This document shows positions 24,191 through 37,300 of a stretch of DNA of 64,000 bases, piece by piece; position 1 is the first letter of the stretch, and each line of letters opens with the position of its first letter. The position numbers and the translations under genes are program-made. Origin of the DNA: Fimbriosthenelais zetlandica (taxonomy: Eukaryota). The notes under the pieces were generated by a model. That model ran no database searches. It had not been told where the DNA came from and saw only the letters and a list, made by a program, of their open reading frames with translations. The stretch is taken from positions 16,864,001 to 16,928,000 of the forward strand of contig OZ365116.1 in assembly GCA_977030845.1 (NCBI GenBank). The letters run 5' to 3'.

Positions 24191-25185
24191 GTGGGTGCAG
24201 TATTTATTGTATAGTTTGTGAGAGCATTGTTGTAAAGACGGTGTATAATAAGATTATTATATTGGTGTCAATAATTGAGTATTCTAACTTATTATAATGT
24301 TTACCTAAATAAATATTTTACTGTAATAAAAAAATATCATAGCCTACATTCTGTCAGCTTTCTTCATACGTACACAATTTCGGGGTAATATTTAATCTTG
24401 TTCCAAAATATGTTTATTTCATCTCCATAGAAGATAAATCCGACGATACATATTGAGCGAGCATGTTCTGACGAGTTACTCAGAGCCTCTCAATCACTCA
24501 GATCTCAATGTTCAGGTGAAGGAAAATGACGCGAGATAAAATATCATCTCTCATTGTCAACATTGTAACACTAAAGTGTCTAACAGTAAATCAATTAAAC
24601 AGAATTTACACAACATTTTTGAAGAAGACGTTTCATGTTGGATTTAACATAAATATTAGGTTTGGTTTTTTCAGTACTTTTCAAAATTTGCAAAGGCTGC
24701 TTTTCAAATCTACAAGACCTTCAATGGTTTCTTGATTATCTGCCCCAGGAAACGTCCTTTCATAACACCTTAATATTAATTTTAAAGAACAAATGCCCAA
24801 CGAGGCACAGAAACATTTTGATTACCTTCATAATTTCCAAGGCAAACCTCTGTTTCGTTAATTTTTTCTTCTATTGCATCCTCGAAAAAATGAGCTGGAC
24901 AATAATGAAAAACAAGCATGAAATAATTCTCAAAATGTGAGGAAATCCTGTGGTTAGAACCGAAATCTCGGCATAGCAAAATGAAGAATAATTCTATCAA
25001 ATTAAAGTATAAATGTATCACAATAACTAACATGTACTTCATAAACGTCAGTTTTTCATCAGAACATCCACAATAAAAACAACACATATTCACCTAGATT
25101 GGACGTATGACACCCAAAATAGAATAGTCATGTCATATAAAGTTAGAGGCAGAAACCACTAGGGAGCAGCCCTAGTCAGCGAGTG

Positions 25186-27035
25186 TTATTCTAAGAAGTC
25201 CACCACCTCTTCCAGCTCTCTCCGCCTCGCTTCTTTGTGAGCCCATCGAGCCTCTTGAAGTTCAGGAGCTACTTTCCACTTCTCGTGAAACAATCTCTGA
25301 CCACACTGCAAACATTTCTTCCCACCTGAAAATATATAAATTGAATCATGTATAAATCAGAATGAAAGCGTCATTCAAATTACAATTGCCTACATGATAA
25401 ATAGATCTAAATTAATGGTAATATAAGGTGAATTCTTTACCAGTGAAAGGAGGTTTCTTCATGTACTCGTTCACGCAGACTTGATGGTATAAATGATTAC
25501 AATACATTCGTTCTATATGTTTGGGTCCCTTTGTACTGTGTTCTACGTCCTACAAAAATAAGGAAAAAACAGCTATGAAACTCACTAGGACATGATTTTT
25601 CACCATAATATATACGGTATATATATTATATTTCAGACAGTTTTTGTTAACCATGAAGCAATCTTTACCTTAGCATCCGTGGGTAGAGCAGGTTCGTTGC
25701 ATACTGGACACATCTGACTTGGAAATGATCTCATGATCTCTAATAAATACTTAGCCACTTTACGGAGCGAAGGTTGTGGTTCAAATGGGGGCGCCCTGTA
25801 AAATTAAAACATCTCACTGAGTGAATTAAAATCTAAATTCAATGATAAGTTTTCATAATCCTACAACTGATGAAATGCAACTCAACTGAGACTTACTTTG
25901 GTTTGGGTTTAAGAGGAGGCTGCACACATCTCCGGGCTATTTCCACAGACTGAGAAGAGAAGTTAACTAACAGGACATCGGGAAAGTTGTGACTTGAGAT
26001 TTCAAACCTGGAAAATAATTAAATAATAGACATATCTATATATATATATCTATATCTATACATATCTACTTTGAGATCCTTGGGTATTTAATGCAACCAA
26101 CAGCACATAAGTATTGATATCTGCAATGACATAGATTCTAGTTGAGATATTAAAGGTGAAGTGGGGTACCTACCCTAACTGTTTTAATGGATATTCATCT
26201 GGTACTAACAGGTTAACTGTCATAAAATAGCTGCCTTCCGCCATTTTGAGGACGACTTGAGAAGTTTTCTGTTTTAGTTTGATTTCATCGTTCGGACCGA
26301 GCAGGTATTTCTTTATATTAGCTATTTCATCACTGCAGACACAGAGTGGGTTCTCGTCAATAAAACGTCGTAAGAACTTGGTAATCTGCAAAACCTAGAT
26401 ATAAAACATGCTACATACGAGACTGAGTCACTTTGGTCAGTAACAGATATTCATCAATCACTGACATTAGGCCTATGGGGCTTATTTTTTCAACTGAATA
26501 AAATAGAATTAAATGGTTGATCGATCAATAATGACAACGGGGCAAGAAATTAAAAAGACTCATTAATTTTATTCACCTGTTTTTCTCCTAGCATTTTCTT
26601 GGCCTCATCCCCTGCGACTTTTACAAGGCCGTCAAGTAGTCTCTCAGACAGATATCGACTTTTAAGTTCGATGGCAATAGGTTCATTTGGATAGCCTTCC
26701 GGAAAATGATAGTTAATGGTAAGCGCCTTGTGTTTTGTTCTCCTGAAATAAATCGCAGAAAAATAAAAATAAGACCCTGGTCTTCATGTTCTTGACTGAT
26801 ACTCAGACGGGCATACCAAAGTGTTTCAATACACATACTGATACTGTCATAAGACATACGTGTATTGACGGATTTTTGGTCCAACTAGAGCCTAAAACTC
26901 TATATAGAAACATGTGCATACTTACGTCATTCTCATTTGAACTAGCGCTGGAACACAGGAGACCAGCTCAGTTCCTTCAATTTTCTGACACCCAATTTTG
27001 ACTCCATCGAGTTCTTCTTTTAAAAATTCGTCCAT
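25186..27035 (-). CDS. Uncharacterised tandem-RWD(UBC-like) plus RING-H2 protein, probable E3 ubiquitin ligase, 327 aa
   Basis: Exons 26926..27035, 26577..26742, 26174..26394, 25897..26007, 25669..25795, 25441..25549, 25186..25325 total 984 nt, phases compatible. Two RWD-type YP motifs (FPEGYPNEP, VPDEYPLKQ). RING-H2 pattern C-x2-C-x26-C-x-H-x2-H-x2-C-x15-C-x2-C. Ends RWAHKEARRRELEEVVDFLE*. An acceptor at 27051-27052 implies a non-coding exon further upstream. Confidence 0.92.
26032..26068. repeat. Imperfect (TA)n/(TATC)n microsatellite in an intron of the RWD-RING gene
   Basis: atatctatatatatatatctatatctatacatatcta read directly. Confidence 0.7.
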
Positions 27036-27599
27036 TTTGTTGAGAATACCCTAAAATAAACAAGAGGCAACACGAATATCATTAACTGTCATGAAGGAGA
27101 ACAAAATTGTGTTTATACTGCTTACATTAATTTAATACCTATACATTTAATGACATGAATCTCACATTTTAGAATAGCCTGCCTATAGTATAATTGGTCT
27201 ACAATACAAATTACAAGTAGCTGTAGCCCTAGGCCTAGGAAAAGGCCCAATAATAAAAATAGGAGAATAGGCCTATTGTATTAGTATTAGAAAGAGCCCA
27301 GGGCCAGGCTTCACACCCCAGACCAAGTCAGCTTCACAGTTACTATAGTCTATACCATAGACCAGTATAGTTACATAGGTAGGCGAACACAGTGAGTGAC
27401 TGAGTGAGTGACACTGGCATGGACAGAACGAAGAAGGGAAACACAGTTTTGACCATGAAAAAAAGACCGTAATGCTTACAAATTAGTTCTGGCACTTCTT
27501 TCAGGTGAAAGTTATCCCTGATTGCTACTTCTACACTGATTTTCACAGAATTAATTAGTAAAACCTCCTTGTATGTCACGTAAACACATCTACTATTAT

Positions 27600-27900
27600 T
27601 TCCATGATGTTCTAGCAGTTAGGTAACTTCCGGTTTTTCAGGTACAGATATCAGCGTGCATTATTCATTCGGAAAATATTAGATTTTGATTCATAATGTC
27701 AGTGATTCGATATATGTGGACATAAAACTGCCAATGCTTTGTATTATTACCAACATATGCCTATTTTGATGAAGTATCTCGATTAATTTGTTTGTAAGTT
27801 AAGTAGAAGGCGAATTCACCATAGTGGCACCTGAATTTACATCAACTTCCGGCCGCGAACTTCCGCCAATGACTCAAAATCTGAAGTAATCACATGAGAT
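27600..27900. promoter_or_regulatory. Probable bidirectional promoter between the RWD-RING gene and CHMP2B
   Basis: ETS-type ACTTCCGG at 27626-27633 and 27845-27852, ACTTCCGC at 27859-27866, and CCAAT at 27866-27870, between divergent genes (ATGs at 27035 and 27971). Confidence 0.65.
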
Positions 27901-27970
27901 TTATTCAAAGATCTGGATATAACAGGGTTTGGTAGACAGGATTTCGTGTATTTCAGACAAAACCCTCAAC

Positions 27971-29619
27971 ATGCCTTTCTTTGGGAAGAAACCAACTCCT
28001 AAAGGTGAGTAGTCTTTGTGTTAAGAACGTGTTTCTTTATGCCCAAGTAACCTCCGATGGCCAATCCTTTGGCCCTGCCCAATGTTTACCATTGCATTGG
28101 CGACATTGTAGAAGCCTTGCTTAGACTTAGAAGCCAACGTAGTCATACGCCCATGACTGTGTCATTGAAATCAGTGGCGTCAGAATTGTCTAATGCCCCG
28201 CAGCTCTCAGACTGGGGTGTCTTTGATTGGGTGGTCGGTGGGGGACGGTGGAAGCTTGTGGTGGGTTCGAGACACAGGCCAGACCCTAGCTTTCATACAA
28301 GCAGCAGAGGCTCAGTTTGTCCATTGGAGTTTGTAGTGGGTCAGTCACAAGCTGTGGTTCAGGGTGAAATCTTCACTAGTTAACTGTATTATAAAATTAT
28401 TCAAGCAAGAATTACAATCGACATTGAATCTAAGTAAATTAAATTTCAGAGCAAGTCCGCCAGACGGAGCGACAAGTTAAACGGACGCAGCGCGATCTAG
28501 AGAGGGAGCGAAATGATTTGAGTAGGCAAGAAAAGAAACTGGTAGGTTGTCAATAGAGAACCCTGTATTATCCGTGGTTAGTCTTAAATTAATAATGAAT
28601 GAATAAAAATAGGGGTCACATTAGACCTCCTATAGACATTTATAGAATATGAATTCTTCTGTCCGGAATCGGAAGCATTAAATAAGTAATAATATACCGT
28701 ATCTATTATTTCAGGAAATGGAAATAAAACAAGCAGCAAAACAAGGAAACAAGCAGGTGGTCACCATTCTCGCAAAACAGCTCGTACAGCTGAGGAAACA
28801 GAAAACCAAAACGTATGCCCTCGGTTCTCAGATACAAGGTATAGGAACTCAGGCTAAAGTCATGCATTCTAATATGAAGATGGCTGACGCTATGGCTACA
28901 ACTACAAAGGTAGGTTCTGTCAAAATAATGGCACTATTGAGGGCATAAATATACACAATTCAATGCATCAAATATGTACATGCGTAACCTAGTATAAGAA
29001 TCACTTTTCCCATTTAATATATCGATGTTTTTTCAGACTATGGGCAATATGAACAAGGTTATGGATCCAATGAAAACAGCAAAAACTATGCACGAGTTTG
29101 AGAGACAATCAGCTAAAATGGAGATGACTGAAGAAATGAGTAAGTATTTTCCTATCTGTATTGATACTCAAATCATAACCTCCTTGTTTTAAAGGAATAT
29201 AAAATTTAAGAAAAGGGTGATTTACCTTTGCAAAGTTGGAGTCCAGTTGATTGAAGATTTCTTCTGGTCACTTTCAGTTAATGACACATTGGATGACATT
29301 CTGAATGAATCGGGAGATAGCGAGGAGGAAGACGCAGTCGTCTCAAAAGTATTGGATGAGATTGGTATCGAGATATCTGGAAAGGTAAGTTTAGAAAGAT
29401 GCTCAAATTAATGATACATTGTATATAAATCTGTGAGACTAACTAAATCTTCAACTATTCTCAGCCGGTTTCACATTACATATACGGGTATATTTTCTTA
29501 ATCTTTCTCAGATGAAAGATGCGCCGTCAGCACATGGTGGGAAGTTGGGAGAGTCGTCGAGAGCCGGTATATCAGATAACGAGCTAGAGAAACAACTGGC
29601 TGCCCTCAAGTCTTTGTAG
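27971..29619 (+). CDS. CHMP2B: Charged multivesicular body protein 2b (ESCRT-III, Snf7 family), 212 aa
   Basis: Exons 27971..28004, 28450..28541, 28715..28909, 29037..29139, 29278..29384, 29512..29619 total 639 nt. Peptides MPFFGKKPTPKEQVRQTERQVKRTQRDLERER, EIKQAAKQGNKQVVTILAKQLVQLRKQK and EEEDAVVSKVLDEIGIEISGK, ending in a MIM1-like NELEKQLAALKSL*. Confidence 0.96.
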
Positions 29620-31398
29620 ATCTAATCTCAATAGCCAAGTATGTCAACTCCTCAACAATTATTTTTCATTATTTTGGCGTTATAAATACATATATCATCC
29701 GTCACAGGTGCCTCGATGGGTAATTACAATTAACATCATGGAGAAGAGACCTTCCATGTTTAATCATTGTTAATTATTATGATTAACTTGTAATTGAATT
29801 ACCTACACACATCCAGTTATATATTGGTGATATGCTGGGGCTCTATCATAGGATTTACTTTAACGTTAGTTGTATCTTTGTTCATGTTCATATTTATGTC
29901 TCCCTTTGCTTCAGTTTGAGAATTAAATTACTATATTCAGCTGTGATACTTTACAGGCTTGAAAATATTTAGTTTAAAGGTTTTAATGGCCAACATTAGT
30001 ATTAATGTCATAGGCCCCGACTTCTGTACATACAAGATAAATAATTACCATAGGAGAAATGCCCATGTGTCACACATGTTAGAATTGACTTCCTATGTAC
30101 TCTTAGATGGAAAACTATCCGAAAAATATGTTTGATATGCAGTTCATTCAAGGGATGTTTATAATATTAATTTCTTATGATTAATGCAGTTATAAGGTGT
30201 TGAAAGTGAGAAATAATGTACGACATTTGATTGTGCTTATGGTGGATGGGGATATCATTGAGAATTGCTTATTATATTGCCATAATGCAGGCAGATGCTT
30301 TGTATGGCTTTGTTATAAAGAGAAGTAGAGGTACATGTATACATGTGTATACATACTGCATGTTGGCCATTGTACATACACTAGACTTGCTTTACACTAT
30401 TACTGGATCAACAGAGCGTGAGAGACTTTTAAATCAAGCTTCGGTGACATTCTATTTAGATTTTGTACTTAGGTTTTGGTTAGAATAAAAAAATCAAAAT
30501 ATCACGTATAAACGCACGTCAGTTCGCATCGTTATCACTGAGATGTAACGCACCTTATCATCAAAAAGTTGGTTCGATGTGATGTTAGTAGATCCGCCAG
30601 CCGCATTACATGGTGCGATAAGGGACAGAAAGTCAACACTCAGAAGCACTACAAAAGCTTTTACTTCACACCTGAAAATTATCTCAATATACATGTATTC
30701 ACATTTACCTTGATTTACATAGGCTAGACATGGCTCACAACTCTATATATTCGAGTCTATTTGAACAGAATAGTTACTGTATATAAAAAGTTTAAGGCAA
30801 GAAACCGTATATATCAATTTGACCAGTTATGAAGTAGGGCTCCATTTCAGATTAGGCCACACACGACAAATGACACAATTCAAATCATTTTAAGTCACAC
30901 CGAATACAAAACATGGACCAACCTATCCCACTAAGTTCTAGACATAATACTCTGAAGATAATCGCAGACAGGATTGAGTTCAAGACTGTGATATAATGCA
31001 TTATCTATGACATAATCACTCCACAATACCTTTCACAATGATACGCACAATGATACTAAACGGAGCTATTTATTCAATACTCTCTAATATTTATTACCGG
31101 TGTCTGAAATATTTTTTAAATGGATTTTTTCTCAATTATTTTGTTTCAAATAAGCTAAAACGTTATTCTTTACAAAATACAATCCATTGAAGATTACACA
31201 GTCAGTCTATACATCAGCATATTTCACCACAAATCCTGACCACACTGATACAATAATTGATAATAAATAGTGGGAATGTGTGTATTAGGCGGCCTCGCCC
31301 GTGGAGGCTCCCAGTGCGATTATCTCTGACAATATATTATGATATAGGTAACATTATTATTATTATGAGACACTGCACTGCCAGGTCCTGCCCTGTCC

Positions 31399-33571
31399 TC
31401 AGTTACCGTAGTAGAGCAGGAAGCCGTAGAAGCTGCCGTAGTTGTGATAGGCAGCGTTATGTATACCGTGCTCTGTGGGCAGCTCGATCCACAGCTGATC
31501 TCCCTCCATGAGGGCCAGGATGCCCACGTTAGATCCCGACCCGGCACACTTAGCTGTCGTCTTCCCGCAACACGAACACCTGAAAACAAGCATCGATAAA
31601 ATACATTTAATCTATTTTCTAATTAATCATTTTGGCATAATGATCATGCGATGATTCAATCATTTTTTGGATCTAACAATGAGGGAGAATAAATATTAAC
31701 TAACCCTGAATTGTCGAAGGCGGAGAGGATTCTCTGGCCGTTACGTATAAGATGGAGTAGGATGTCCTGGCCATGGTAGCTTACTCCCGTAAAGCCTACC
31801 ATGTACGTGCCGTTAATAGGACACACAAACATGCCCGTCTCTGGATCATAGCCCGAACCTGTCAAACAAATATAATCAGTAAAGTTCGGTTTAAATTATC
31901 TATCAATACCAATCATTTATATATAAATGTACAGTGTTTTATAATTCTCATTAGACGCTTAAACATCACGATGGAGATTAGTGGAGGCATTCAATACTGG
32001 GTCTAAATATATATTTACCATGAGTAGTATATGGAAATGAGGGAAAGGTGATGGCGCTCTTCATAGCGCCATGACCTTAATGGATATAATCAAAACTGAA
32101 TAACATAACAATAACGATACTGACCTATATTAGTGGGTCTAAATATATATTTACCATGAGTAGTATATGGAAATGAGGGAAAGGTGATGGCGCTCTTCAT
32201 GGCGCCATGACCTTAATGGATATAATCAAAACTGAATAACATAACAATAACGATACTGACCTATATTAGTGAGGACGATGTTATACTTGACCACTCTGTA
32301 CTCCTCCGTCCGTGGCATGTCCTCGTTCATAGTGACTGACCAGGCCACACGGGGGCGTTCTGGTGATGGTAGCAGGGCCACCCGTCCTGGTGGACCCTGA
32401 TCGCCCGTATCTCCTTTAGGTCCTTTAAATCCACGACGCCCTGTGTACAGCAAATAATTTAGTTAATACATGTTTTAACACAATAATAATTGTAAAATAT
32501 TTATCAATTCTTATAACAAATCCTACCTTTAATTTTGATTTACATTTAACCCTCCTCTCTCTATTAATAATCTTTGATTGATTGATTGATGGATAAACGT
32601 TTTATTGTCTCATCAAGTGACAAAAGGTTGGCTAATTTTTAAAGGAATTCCTATATAGTTTAGGGCATATAGATCTCTAGGCAGCAGTAGACAATACTGT
32701 ATACTTTAGACAAAATTGTATTTAGAATTCGTCGGTCTGCACATGTAACATTATGGTCTAATCAGTCAGTCAATATTGGGTTTCATGACAAGCCCTAAGC
32801 TAACAAATCTCTGGTGAGTCAGACAAAAACTGCGAGCACTGAGGCAAGACAGAAAGACTGCATCTCTCGCCTTGTCTTATTGGATGTTAGGGACACATGC
32901 GCTGCGATTATCTGCTCTAATGGACACCTCTAACTGAGACAACACTGACAAGCCAGGTCATGGACGGTGATCAGGGGAATAAAGGCCCTCACAATATTCA
33001 TTACAGCTTTACCACTCTATATTAACTAACCAAGATAACAAACTCCATCCATATAATATAATTAACTCTGAAGAATGAGAGGACATAGTATTATATTAAT
33101 CCTTATCGTTTATTAGATTATTTTTATGATTATTTATGTCCCGTAAAATGATTATAAATTACATATCTCACCTTTGATGCCGTTGATGCCATCGATTCCC
33201 GAGGTTCCAGGAGAACCAGACAGGCCCTGGACACCTTGTACTCCCTGTACACCTTGAACACCTGGAGGACCAGGTGGTCCCATAGATCCAGGCATACCGG
33301 GGCACCCGCCGCACCCACACCCGCCCTGACTCCAGCAATGTCCTCCTCCTCCTCCCTGTTTGCTTTTGGTTTTGGGGCTTTTCTTCACTGAGCCTTTGAC
33401 TTTATTCGCAGTAGACTGTCGCGTAGAATGGAGGTGTACTTTCTCCTTGGACACATTCTGTTCTGCTTTGACGGTCTTTTTCGTCCCCTCTATGTAGCTG
33501 TTACAGAGCTGCACAATGGCAAGGAGAATGAGCAATGACCAGAATGTGGCCATGGCGTTGTTCATCTGCAT
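31399..33571 (-). CDS. Secreted collagen-domain C1q protein (C1q/C1QTNF-like), about 304 aa
   Basis: Exons 33172..33571, 32261..32440, 31705..31858, 31399..31579 total 915 nt, phases compatible. Signal peptide ([19 protein letters not shown]), basic linker, Cys-rich [13 protein letters not shown], about 22 Gly-X-Y triplets, then a gC1q domain ([61 protein letters not shown]). The true start may be one of the two later ATGs. Confidence 0.93.
31998..32271. repeat. 136-bp tandem duplication spanning the exon 2 donor of the C1q gene
   Basis: Copies start at 31998 and 32134; I see one mismatch (tcatagcgcc vs tcatggcgcc). Each copy contains the minus-strand ACTAATATAG/GTCAGTATCG junction. Confidence 0.95.
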
Positions 33572-34149
33572 TCTTACTTGAAAAAGTCAGTTTTATGATG
33601 TTAATGTGGAGTTAGTGTACCAGGGTTATGTCGTGTCACAGGTAATGTCCAGGAGGTGTAACATTATCCATGAGTTATTAGTATAATTCCAAAGCAGCAT
33701 TTACAGGCAGGAAATGTTAGTAAATGTATCCGCTATAGTGAGAAGTTCAGAAAAGCTTCCTCTCAATGTGAGAGCTACTTTGTTATGAGAACCATTCGTG
33801 ACGTACAAACACGTGACAAAGTAAGGGAAGGTTTTCCGCCGACAGGAAGGATAAGCGATGAAAATGTCGTCTGCTCACAAAGCTGGAGAATGATTCGTTG
33901 TGATGACTCAATTTCCCGCCTTGTCTTCTGGTCGCTTGGAGGCAGAGAGAGGAGAGGCCTGGAACGCCTTGCTTCGTGTCCCCCAGGGATTCCAGAGCCC
34001 GTATAGCCTCAGGGGTATTCCACCCTAGTTCTCCAATGATTTCCTACTCACAGGAATAAACCAAGCTGCCCCGGCAGGTCCAACGGAAAGCATTGTCCAT
34101 AAGGACGCATCTATCTTCCCCGCCCGAAAGAACCGAAAAGAGCGCTGTT

Positions 34150-34350
34150 CAAAGCCTGGCGCGGATCATTGATACGGCGTGCAGCGCGGCCAGGCAGCCA
34201 GCCAGCCCGCCATTCAATGGAAATCTAAACACAAAAGGACCAACAAATCCTCGCTCAATAGTTTGCAAACATGAGCCCGGAAACTGGATATTATTGGAGG
34301 TAAAACTGCGGCTATTGAAGAGGTTGTTGGGGCGTGTTTATCGACGACAA
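34150..34350. promoter_or_regulatory. CpG-rich patch upstream of the C1q gene (candidate promoter)
   Basis: Local GC/CpG enrichment (gcggatc..gcgtgcagcgcggccaggcagccagccagcccgcc) about 600 nt 5' of the C1q ATG on the minus strand. Confidence 0.35.
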
Positions 34351-37300
34351 GCTTGTTTCCCCTGTGTTCATGTCACCACCGATAATTACAGGCAATCTGT
34401 GTACAAGCAGATTTCACTAAAATATCTCGTAAAATATGTATTATGAGATGATGTATGTTAGGAACACAGAGTATTATACACACAGATATATAGATAGCTT
34501 TAGATAGTCAAATAATGTGGTAAAAGATTATAAAAAGGAGTAATATATATTCGAATATATTTATCAATTCTTTACACATGTATATGTACATCAGAGCGCA
34601 CTACTCGGGTTTAATTCATTGTCGGGTACTTAATGTATTCAAAGATAATCAGTGAACCCTTTCCTCTGGTTACCAGCTATGACAGTTCTGACTTGCCCAT
34701 CTGGGGAATTGGCATCATTGCATGGCCATACTGGCTTCCCCAATGATGCCTCCAGTCAACCTGCTGTAATCGCGACAGCCAACATAGTAGACGAGCCCTT
34801 GTCTCTGAGCCAGACACAATCTTCTGGGAATTATATATATATTAAAGCTACTAACCAGAATCCTCAATTCTATCCAGATTTAGATCATTTTGTCTCCACC
34901 TTGAAGACCTACATTGTATATGGCTAGCAGAGTGGCATTTATATAATTAATAAATGCATTGTATGGAATAACATGTCCACTTATTGAAAGGATAAAGCCT
35001 TACTCCAATATTCGTAATATTCTTTATTTTCTATTGTGGAATCTGAAGGCGATCTGAGACCTTGGCATGTCTGTGAGCCTTGCCTTCCTCTAATTGGTCA
35101 CGTAAAGCTTTTCTTCTCAGTGACATCTGACAGGCAGCTCGTCCGTCAGGGATGGACTAGTGGTTGGTTATGTCCCTTCTCTTCAACCTCAGAGACCCTG
35201 AAGACCCCAGCTGAACAGGGGGATTAACTAGACTGTCAGACATAGAGGCCATGTTCATACAGGCTTTAACTAATCAGCCTGCAACATGGCCCTACTTAAA
35301 CCTAAGACATGTGTACATGTATCTAGTTGTTTTGCAGTGGTTCTGGAAAACATATCCATGACTAAAACTGACATGTACACGTGATATAGAACCAACGATA
35401 CAATATAATAGCTTTATATAAAATGTAGTTCTATTCTTATTCAAAAGATTGAGTTCAAGACTTCAAAGGGTGAAGAGTTTCGCACACAGAAACTCGGTGT
35501 AATCTGTCTTAGGTAATGGTTTCCAAGCCTAATCCCTGCAGGGTATAGTATACTATATAGAACATGATAACATCAGTAAATATTGGCAGCAGTTTGCTTG
35601 GATGAAGAGAATAATAGATAGCACAGATATAATGTATAATAAGTCAACGACATGTTTGTGTCGGTGCTAAGTATGGTTTCTGAATCAGATTCAACAAGAT
35701 TAATCTGTACTGTGTCTTAAGCCCATAGCATAATGCGTGGAGGAGTGATGTGAGGATAGAAACCCCAGGACCACCTCCCCTCTATCTCTCTTGTCTGCGG
35801 TATGCAATAGATCACCAAGGCTTTTTTGAGCTCAACACACTCCTACATAGCTCGCCTTCCCTGGGCAGGACCACACACAATCTGACTAATAGATCAGTTA
35901 CTGCCCACACTGAGTTAGGGCCTACCCATATTTCTAAAGTTAAGCAACCTATTGTCACTGGGGAAATCTATGGCCATTTGGTTAAGTATACACATGGGGT
36001 ATTGTTCATTGGAACATAATTGCATTAGCTACAGGTTATTTTTATTTGGTACGAGCTTTACTATTCCCATTTTCTATGATAATTAAGAGAAAATGGCCAA
36101 ATGCAATTATTATAAGCAATGATCCCTGGGAATAAACCTATCTATTCCACCATGTCTTGCCGACATCTAGTTTCCCTATCATCGGTTCACACTGAACTGG
36201 AGCCATTCTGGGGATAAACACATAGTTTATCTTGATGAGCTGCTTTCTCACTAGAGGGCAGTGGAGTGCTTTAAGGTGCGGATAGAAGCAGTAGTCATCT
36301 CACAACCTGTGTCAGCCCTCAACACACACTTATATATGATATGAATTATGTCCCTGTGGAACTTATCATTCTACCTGACCCCTCTTTCACCTGACATTCC
36401 GTCCAGACCCTCACCTGAGGGATGACAAGGTAGGATTTAGCCCTTTTATCACCCTTCTGACGATCGCCATCTTCCGACCCCTAGTGTTTCCAGCCTGAAC
36501 TACTCGGAGCAGCTCCGGGTGGCCCAGCCGAGCAGCTCTTTGAAGCCACCTAGCGGTGGAGGCGCTTGTCAGCCTTGAAGGCATTCCAATGGCTATGAAT
36601 GGGCATTCCTAGAAGGAGCAGGATTCCCCAGTTGCTCTGGCAAGACACAAGATAGGTAGTTACAACGCTGGTGCAATATGCTTCCCGCTGTTATCAATAT
36701 CCATATTTCCAGTCCATCCCTCCCGATAAACCCGAGCCAGCATATCTTGACCCTCCATTTAATTAGGCTAAATCCTATCTCCATGTGTCTTCACACAACA
36801 TTGAGGGGGCTGTGTCTGGGGGCAGCCAGATCCCCTGGAGGCGGTACCTGGAGTTTGACCCATTGGTGACCTTGACATTACTGTATTATCACCTGCTGGA
36901 GGAGGGTTAACTTATATACACTGAGATATGTGGGGCTGGGTGTGTGAGAATGGAAAACAGGACTGTGATGAATGGGACGCAGACATTTCATCTATTTCTC
37001 AATCTCAACATCCGCGGTTACTGAACTCGCGATCACTCCCACCTCAACAAAAACATCCTACAATTAATCGACAATTGTAGGACTATGGACGTTAAAGTCC
37101 GTATCATGACTTTCTACTCTATCTTTAGCTCCTGCAAGCTTTCAAAGTAAGACATTACATGTGGGAGTTTATGATTTTCAATCTAGCAATTGCTCACAAT
37201 TTGTCATATCTGGAGAAGATATGGATAAAATCTTTGAGAGATATTACTTTTTTAAAGCTGAATAACAATGCAAGGAGGACTAAAACCGATCGTGGATTCG

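Noticed and set aside
24400-25100. Short ORFs between the convergent NEF1-like and RWD-RING genes
   Set aside because: AT-rich 3'UTR-like DNA; no consistent exon chain or recognisable protein.
30550-30685. Minus-strand segment with TTTTCAG acceptor and AAG/GTGCGT donor
   Set aside because: No partner exons or homology; it lies between two 3' ends.
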